A DNA stretch of 64,000 nucleotides. Origin: Terriglobia bacterium (GTDB lineage: Bacteria > Acidobacteriota > Terriglobia > 20CM-2-55-15). The position numbers and the translations under genes were made by a program. Positions 57,786-64,000 of the stretch are shown piece by piece. The notes under the pieces are model-generated. The model saw nothing but the letters and a program-made list of their open reading frames with translations, was not told where the DNA came from and did no database searches. The stretch lies in NCBI GenBank assembly GCA_963664115.2, contig CAXWPJ010000002.1:544001-608000 (forward strand). The letters are read 5' to 3'. The first letter of the stretch is position 1, and each line of letters starts with the position of its first letter.

Positions 57786-57879
57786 GTGGCCAGTGGCCCC
57801 GACCGGTTGTGCCGCAGCTTGCTAAACATTTGAGAGTGGGGAGAAACGTCCCTTCGATCTTCCTGATGAACGGAGTGCA

Positions 57880-59937
57880 ATGGGAGTAGGAGGCGCTGCA
57901 ATTCACAGACGGCTCATCGCAATTGCGGTTTTGATGGGCGTTTGGGGCATTGCGATTGGCGCGCGTCTATATTCAATTCAAGTTGTCCAGTCCGAAGACT
58001 TCAGGAGTCGCGCCGAGCGCCAGCAGCAGCGTGTCCTGGAAATCAGCCCGCACAGAGGCACTATTTACGACCGCCACGGCAACGAACTTGCAGTAAGTAT
58101 CGAAGTCGACTCCCTGTATGCCGTGCCTTCAGAGGTTGACGATCCCGCGGCAACGGCTGCGATCCTTTCCGAAATACTCGAAGTTCCATCTCCGTCCCTG
58201 GAGTCCCGGCTGGATTCCGAGCGGTCCTTTACTTGGCTGGAACGAAAAGTTACAGCCAGTGAGGCCGCTCGAATCCGGGCGGAAGACATCGACGGCCTGT
58301 ATTTTCAAAAAGAGCCAAAGCGCTTCTATCCCAACCGCGAGCTCGCATCTCACGTGCTGGGATTCGTCAACATCGACGACCATGGTGGCAGCGGTGTCGA
58401 ATATCGTTACGACGCAGTAATCGGAGGTACCCCGGGCAAGCTCGTCGTGATGACTGATGCCCGTGGTCGCAGCTTCCACAGGCTTGATCAGGCTCCGACC
58501 GGTGGTGCCAGCCTGACGACGACGATCGATCGGACTATTCAATACATCGTCGAAAAAGAGATCGCGCAAGTCATCCAGGACACCGGAGCCGCAGGAATGT
58601 CCGTCATCGTCATGAACCCGGACAATGGCGAGGTTCTCGCGATGGCGAACTATCCGGAATTCAATCCCAACGAATACGGACGGTCTCCCGAGCGCAGTTG
58701 GTCCAATCGCGCCATCAGTCACGTTTATGAGCCGGGGTCGACGTTCAAGATTGCGACTGCTGCTGCCGCTTTCGAAGAGAATTTGACCGAGCTTGAGGAA
58801 TTGATCGACTGCCAGATGGGTTCCATTGTGCTTTACGGTCATCGAATCCGGGATCACCAGCCCTTCGGAGTTCTGTCGGTGCGCGAGATCATGCAGTACT
58901 CCTCCGACGTAGGCATCATCAAATTGGGTCTTCGTTTGGGTGATGAGCGCTTAGCCAGCTATATCGATCGTTTCGGATTCGGGCGGCGAACCGGCATCGA
59001 TCTCCCGGGTGAAGAACGCGGTCTGACCAAACCGGCATCGGACTGGTCCGCGGTGTCGGTGGGTGCTATTTCAATGGGGCAGGAGATCGGCACGACAGCC
59101 CTTCAGATCGTCAATCTTGTTTCGATGGTAGCCAATGGTGGCATATTGTACCGGCCCTTCGTCGTGAAGAGAGTTGATGATCCCAGGACGGGGGCAAGCG
59201 AGGAAACGCCCTCCATGGGTCACCGCGTCATGAGCCTGGAGACTGCGGCGCGACTCCAGGACGCGCTGCGGACAGTTGTCGCTGATGGAACGGCGCGGCG
59301 GGCGCAAATACCGGGTTACACGGTAGCGGGAAAAACGGGAACCGCTCAGAAATTCGATCCGGAAACCGGCACCTACTCCCTCACCAAACACGTCGCGTCT
59401 TTTGCGGGCTATGCCCCGGCCGTCAATCCAAGGATTTCGGCTATCGTCGTCATCGACGAACCCCAGGGTCCCGATGGTGGTGGTGAGGTCGCCGCCCCCG
59501 TGTTCAAACGCATAGTCGAGCAAATCCTTCGATATGAGTCAGTACCCACGGATTCCCCTGAGGACGGGCCCGGGTATACGGAAGAAAACGAAAATCCCGC
59601 TCCCCCGGGTCCGAGAGCCCTTCCCCCCAGCGATGTTATTGGGAACCAGTGGGACGTCGTCGATGCCTCCCTTGAGGAGGATTCCGGTTTTCCGGCTGCA
59701 TTGCCTGAGCAAGACGCACCGCATCAATACACTCCGGTTGGCATCCCTGTTCCTGCTTTCTACGGAAAATCACTGCGACAGGTGGCCGACCTCAGTCTGC
59801 GGCTGGGGCTGCGACTGCAATTGAGCGGCTCCGGCATAGCGGTGGCGCAGAATCCAGGACCAGGGACGCCCGTTCCGGCAGGTACTCGCATTCAGGTTCA
59901 GTTCTCCACGACTCGTGGCGCGGCCACCAGTCCGTAG
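57880..59937 (+). CDS. ftsI: Penicillin-binding protein 3 with C-terminal PASTA domain
   Basis: RG.I.DR.G, EPGSTFK, SSD, KTGTAQK. Confidence 0.93.
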   Translation: MGVGGAAIHRRLIAIAVLMGVWGIAIGARLYSIQVVQSEDFRSRAERQQQRVLEISPHRGTIYDRHGNELAVSIEVDSLYAVPSEVDDPAATAAILSEILEVPSPSLESRLDSERSFTWLERKVTASEAARIRAEDIDGLYFQKEPKRFYPNRELASHVLGFVNIDDHGGSGVEYRYDAVIGGTPGKLVVMTDARGRSFHRLDQAPTGGASLTTTIDRTIQYIVEKEIAQVIQDTGAAGMSVIVMNPDNGEVLAMANYPEFNPNEYGRSPERSWSNRAISHVYEPGSTFKIATAAAAFEENLTELEELIDCQMGSIVLYGHRIRDHQPFGVLSVREIMQYSSDVGIIKLGLRLGDERLASYIDRFGFGRRTGIDLPGEERGLTKPASDWSAVSVGAISMGQEIGTTALQIVNLVSMVANGGILYRPFVVKRVDDPRTGASEETPSMGHRVMSLETAARLQDALRTVVADGTARRAQIPGYTVAGKTGTAQKFDPETGTYSLTKHVASFAGYAPAVNPRISAIVVIDEPQGPDGGGEVAAPVFKRIVEQILRYESVPTDSPEDGPGYTEENENPAPPGPRALPPSDVIGNQWDVVDASLEEDSGFPAALPEQDAPHQYTPVGIPVPAFYGKSLRQVADLSLRLGLRLQLSGSGIAVAQNPGPGTPVPAGTRIQVQFSTTRGAATSP

Positions 59938-60027
59938 GTCTGCTACTTGCGGTGAGGCCACTGGAGCTTTCAGGCAGGGGGAAAGTGGAGCCGGGTCAGA
60001 CCGAAACCCTTAGGCAGGGCATTCTGG

Positions 60028-61491
60028 ATGAAGTTGGACCAACTGCTGGCGAACATCGACGTCCTGTCAAGATCGGGCGATGGCCAAGTGGACGTTACCG
60101 GAGTTCAATACGACTCGCGAAGGGTCGAGCCCGGTTTTGTGTTTGTCGCGGTCCGGGGTGAGCGGGTTGATGGAAACGATTTCGTAGATGCAGCTCTCGA
60201 ACGCGGTGCCGCGGCCATCGTTTCCGAGGCTGCCCCGATCGGGTCTGCGCCGTGGGTTCGGGTGCGCTCAGACCGTCGAGCGTTGGCAGCACTGGCAGCA
60301 AGTTACTTTGGACGGCCGACCGATCAACTGAAGCTGGTCGGTATCACGGGCACCAACGGGAAGACAACAACAGCCTATTTAGTCGAATCGATCGTCAGAG
60401 CGGCAGGCTATCCGGTCGCCCGTCTGGGCACGACCGATCATCGGGGGCCCGGTTTCCGGCAGGGGGCAAAGCTGACGACCCCGGAAGCGCCCGATCTTGA
60501 ACAGATGTTTCGTTCCACCGTCGATACCGGATGCGGCCATGCCGTCATGGAGGTTTCGTCTCATGCGATAGCGTTAAAGCGCGTCGAGGGCTTGTCTTTC
60601 GATGTCGTCGCGTTTACGAACTTGAGCGCGGAGCATCTGGATTTTCATGGCGGAATGGAGGACTACTTCAGTGTGAAGCAGAGATTGTTCACAGGATTGC
60701 AAGGAGTACCGCCTCCCGCGGCCGTTCTTAACAGAGATGACAGGTACTTCGAAGCGCTCAGCGAGTCGGGAAACAGCACGTGTCTGTCTTTTGGGATGAC
60801 ATCCGATGCGGACATCTTTCCGAAGGAATTCAGTTTCGGTTGGCATGGGCTCACAGCCGAATTTGAGACGCCACGCGGGGTCGTGGATCTGAAATCCGAA
60901 TTGATGGGTCGGCTGAATCTTTACAACGTAGCTGCGGCGGTGGGCATCGGAATCGCTTTAGAGTTGCCGACACTATCGATAGTCGATGGCGTCGAAGCGC
61001 TCCGGAACGTGCCCGGCCGGTTTGAGTTCGTCGATCACGGCCAGCGTTTCCGGGTCATTGTGGACTACGCGCACACCGGTGATGCTCTGCGAAAAGCCCT
61101 GACCGCAGCACGAGAGATCACAGAAGGAAAGTTGATCGTAGTTTTTGGAGCGGGCGGTGATCGCGATTCTTCCAAGCGTCGGGAGATGGGAGCGGTCGCG
61201 GCAAGCTGCAGCGATTTTGCGGTACTCACGTCGGATAACCCGCGTAGCGAAGATCCGCTTGGAATCATCGGGATGATAGCAAAAGGTTTTCCAGCTAAGG
61301 GTAAGCGATACACGTCGGTTCCGGACCGGCGCGAGGCCATACGGCTCGCAATCGGACGGGCAGAGAAACGGGACACCGTTGTTATAGCTGGAAAAGGCCA
61401 CGAAGCGTATCAGGTCGTTGGGGATGTCCAGCTGCCGTTCGACGATCGGGTTGTCGTTGGAGAGTTACTCGATGAACTTAACTCTCGGTGA
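60028..61491 (+). CDS. murE: UDP-MurNAc-tripeptide synthetase
   Basis: GITGTNGKTT, MEVSSH, DYAHT, DNPR, AGKGHE. Confidence 0.96.
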   Translation: MKLDQLLANIDVLSRSGDGQVDVTGVQYDSRRVEPGFVFVAVRGERVDGNDFVDAALERGAAAIVSEAAPIGSAPWVRVRSDRRALAALAASYFGRPTDQLKLVGITGTNGKTTTAYLVESIVRAAGYPVARLGTTDHRGPGFRQGAKLTTPEAPDLEQMFRSTVDTGCGHAVMEVSSHAIALKRVEGLSFDVVAFTNLSAEHLDFHGGMEDYFSVKQRLFTGLQGVPPPAAVLNRDDRYFEALSESGNSTCLSFGMTSDADIFPKEFSFGWHGLTAEFETPRGVVDLKSELMGRLNLYNVAAAVGIGIALELPTLSIVDGVEALRNVPGRFEFVDHGQRFRVIVDYAHTGDALRKALTAAREITEGKLIVVFGAGGDRDSSKRREMGAVAASCSDFAVLTSDNPRSEDPLGIIGMIAKGFPAKGKRYTSVPDRREAIRLAIGRAEKRDTVVIAGKGHEAYQVVGDVQLPFDDRVVVGELLDELNSR

Positions 61492-62866
61492 GATATCCAC
61501 TGCCGTCGGCGGTCAGGCGGTGGAGAACGCTGAAGTCAAGGTTCGGGGCTACTCGATCGACAGTCGATCGATAAAGCCGGGAGAGTTGTTCCTTGCGATC
61601 AGCGGACCGCGATTTGATGGGCATGACTACGTTGACGAAGCTCGGCGCAAGGGAGCTGCTGGTGCGGTGGTCTCAGTCGCACGCTGTGGTGGAATAGGGA
61701 ATCTCCCCTGCATCGGGGTCGACTCTACGGTCGAAGCGTTGGGGCAACTCGCGCGAACGGTGCGGCGGCGTTGGGGACGCCGGATCATTGCGATTTCGGG
61801 CAGTGTCGGAAAGACGACGACCAAGGAAATGGTCGCGACCGTGCTTGGTGGGAGTTTTCGGATACTCCGTTCGGTTGGGAATATGAACAACGAATATGGT
61901 CTTCCACTGTGCTTGCTTCGTGCGGAACCCTACCATGACGTCGCCGTATTGGAGATGGGCATGTCGGCTCCGGGTGAGATTCGAAAGCTGGCCTCCATTG
62001 CAGAACCTAACGAAGGGGTGATTACCAATGTCAGCTCCGCCCACCTTGAGTTTTTTGATTCCGTCGACGCGATTGCCGCCGCTAAAGCCGAATTGCTCGA
62101 GGGATTGGTCGGTGAGCGGCGTGCGTATTTGAACAATGACGATTCCAGGGTCCGTTCGATGGCGCGACGTTTCGACGGGGAGATCGTCACCTACGGAGTG
62201 CGTTCGGTGGCTGCGTTTCGTGTGACCCGAATCGAGCCTCTTGGACTGGAAGGGACGGCCTTCACACTGCACCATGGTCGGCGGGACATCAACTTTGTAC
62301 TCCCCTTGCTGGGAGACCATAACGTGGCCAACGCCGCAGCCGCAATTAGTGTTGCCGTCATGCACGGCATCGAATGGGACGATATACGTCGGGCGGTGGA
62401 AGGCATGGTGCCCCAACGCATGCGCGGTAGCGTTATCCAGTTTCGTGAGGGATTTGCGCTTATCGACGACTGCTACAACTCGAGTCCCAAGGGCCTGACG
62501 GAAATGATCCGAACGCTGGCCAAGGTGCCGGGTTTTGAGCGCCGTATCCTCGTTGCCGGCGAAATGCTGGAACTGGGAGACGCGGGACAAAAATTGCACG
62601 CTGCCTGTGGCAAGGAAGCCGCCAAAGCGGGAATTGACCTCATTGTTGGAGTGCGGGGCAACGCAGAGGCGTTGATCGACGGTGCCCGAGAGGCGGGTGT
62701 CGATGAGTCCCGTTTGGTGTTCGTGCGCGATGCTGTCGAGGCCGGAGATTTTCTGACCCGCACCGTTGGAACCGGTGACCTGGTGTTGTTGAAAGCGTCT
62801 CGAGCGGTAGGCCTGGAACAGGCGATCGATACCGTCCGACTCTCGTTTACGAGTTTGGAGCCGTAA
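61472..62866 (+). CDS. murF: UDP-MurNAc-pentapeptide synthetase
   Basis: SIDSR, GS.GKTTTKE, EMGMS, D.YN..P, GEMLELG, KASR. Confidence 0.95.
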   Translation: MNLTLGEISTAVGGQAVENAEVKVRGYSIDSRSIKPGELFLAISGPRFDGHDYVDEARRKGAAGAVVSVARCGGIGNLPCIGVDSTVEALGQLARTVRRRWGRRIIAISGSVGKTTTKEMVATVLGGSFRILRSVGNMNNEYGLPLCLLRAEPYHDVAVLEMGMSAPGEIRKLASIAEPNEGVITNVSSAHLEFFDSVDAIAAAKAELLEGLVGERRAYLNNDDSRVRSMARRFDGEIVTYGVRSVAAFRVTRIEPLGLEGTAFTLHHGRRDINFVLPLLGDHNVANAAAAISVAVMHGIEWDDIRRAVEGMVPQRMRGSVIQFREGFALIDDCYNSSPKGLTEMIRTLAKVPGFERRILVAGEMLELGDAGQKLHAACGKEAAKAGIDLIVGVRGNAEALIDGAREAGVDESRLVFVRDAVEAGDFLTRTVGTGDLVLLKASRAVGLEQAIDTVRLSFTSLEP

Positions 62867-64000
62867 TGCTGTACCACCTGCTATGGGAGGGCATCTACCC
62901 TTTAAGCGAGCAGTGGTCCGCACTCAGCGTGTTGAGCGTCTTCCAGTATATTACGGTACGGACGGCTATGGCGAGTATGACGGCACTGCTGCTGAGCCTT
63001 CTGCTGGGACCATCCTTGATCGGAAGGCTTCGGAAGTTACAGATTGGACAAAACATTCGCCAGGAAGGGCCCGAATCGCATCAGTCCAAGGCCGGAACCC
63101 CGACGATGGGAGGTATTCTCATCGTCGTGGCTATCGTCGTATCGACGCTGTTGTGGACCGATTTGACGAATCCTCTCGGATGGTTGTTGGTGGGATCCAC
63201 GATCGCTTTTGGCTTGGTCGGATTTGCAGACGACTACTTGAAAGTCGTAAAGAAGCGTTCGCTTGGATTGCGGGCCCGCGCCAAGATCGGCGCACAGCTG
63301 CTGATCACCTGCACTATCGGCTGTTTCCTGATCGACCTGGCGGCCCGGGGGTTGTTCTCGACGCGGTTGACCGTGCCGTTTTTCAAAACTTTCACTCCGG
63401 ACCTCGTGCTGTCGGCGTTTGCAGGTACGCCCATGTTCTTCCTGGGCTATCTGCCGTTTCTGCTTTTTATTGGCCTCGTCGTTGTGGGGTCTTCGAACGC
63501 CGTCAACCTGACCGATGGGCTCGACGGTCTTGCGATCGGATCGGTATTAATCGCGTCCGGAGCGTTGACCGTTCTGACCTATGTCACCGGACACCTCTTG
63601 TTTTCCGAGTACCTGGACCTTCAGTACATTCCTCCTGTCGCTGAAGTGACGATCTTCTGCGGATCCATGGTTGGTGCGAGCATGGGTTTCCTCTGGTACA
63701 ACGCCCATCCGGCCGAGGTGTTCATGGGAGACGTGGGGTCTCTCGCGCTCGGGGGTGCCATCGGAACCGTTGCAGTTGTGATCCGGCAGGAGCTCCTGCT
63801 GATTCTGATCGGAGGCATCTTCGTCGTGGAAGCACTATCGGTCATGGCGCAGGTCCTGTCGTTCAAGTGGCGAGGTAAGCGTATTTTTCGGATGGCGCCT
63901 CTGCACCACCATTTCGAGTTGGGGGGATGGGCCGAATCGAAGGTCATCATCCGGTTCTGGATCGCAGCGCTGCTGTTCGCGATGTTCAGTTTGTCGACTT
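62866..64000 (+). CDS. mraY: Phospho-N-acetylmuramoyl-pentapeptide transferase (runs off the window end)
   Basis: ATG overlapping the murF stop; GTPTMGG, NAVNLTDGLDGL, FMGD.GS, MAPLHHHFE. Confidence 0.95.
   Translation, partial: MLYHLLWEGIYPLSEQWSALSVLSVFQYITVRTAMASMTALLLSLLLGPSLIGRLRKLQIGQNIRQEGPESHQSKAGTPTMGGILIVVAIVVSTLLWTDLTNPLGWLLVGSTIAFGLVGFADDYLKVVKKRSLGLRARAKIGAQLLITCTIGCFLIDLAARGLFSTRLTVPFFKTFTPDLVLSAFAGTPMFFLGYLPFLLFIGLVVVGSSNAVNLTDGLDGLAIGSVLIASGALTVLTYVTGHLLFSEYLDLQYIPPVAEVTIFCGSMVGASMGFLWYNAHPAEVFMGDVGSLALGGAIGTVAVVIRQELLLILIGGIFVVEALSVMAQVLSFKWRGKRIFRMAPLHHHFELGGWAESKVIIRFWIAALLFAMFSLST

Noticed and set aside
61673-63644. Long alternative ORFs 61673-62923 (-) and 62883-63644 (+)
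   Set aside because: Antisense or off-frame shadows of murF and mraY; the real mraY frame starts at 62866

Overview
GC-rich bacterial chromosomal window; the gene content (DUF6152-type pair, ankyrin/prenyltransferase-fold protein, Gly-rich secreted proteins, gene order of the fab and dcw clusters) suggests an environmental Acidobacteriota genome, which is an inference. Positions 1-41 kb hold accessory metabolism: hydrolases, aromatic ring cleavage, transporters, and a Lon-like protease/USP/GGDEF-EAL trio. Positions 41-64 kb hold core genes (ETF-QO, rpmF-plsX-fabD-acpP-fabF, ychF-like, and mraZ-rsmH-ftsL-ftsI-murE-murF-mraY), interrupted by a debris hotspot around tRNA-Arg(CCT). RNA genes are tRNA-Cys(GCA) and tRNA-Arg(CCT). 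Mobile elements are an intact IS256 splitting a hydrolase gene (9-bp target duplication), an intact IS1380 flanked by CTAG, and IS3-like and IS6 remnants. No CRISPR array was found. The most unusual observations are: (1) a STAS anti-anti-sigma protein with an inserted four-Cys zinc ribbon, preceded by a multi-stem RNA-like leader; (2) a one-gene islet bounded by tRNA-Arg and a structurally compensated tRNA 3' fragment; (3) a stand-alone FliG N-terminal miniprotein; (4) a REP/REPIN-like repeat family; (5) many orphan gene heads and tails in spacers, several missed by the ORF track (Ser/Thr kinase head, amine oxidase, HpaB, YbhB and TonB-receptor tails). All family assignments come from motif recognition by eye; no database search was run.
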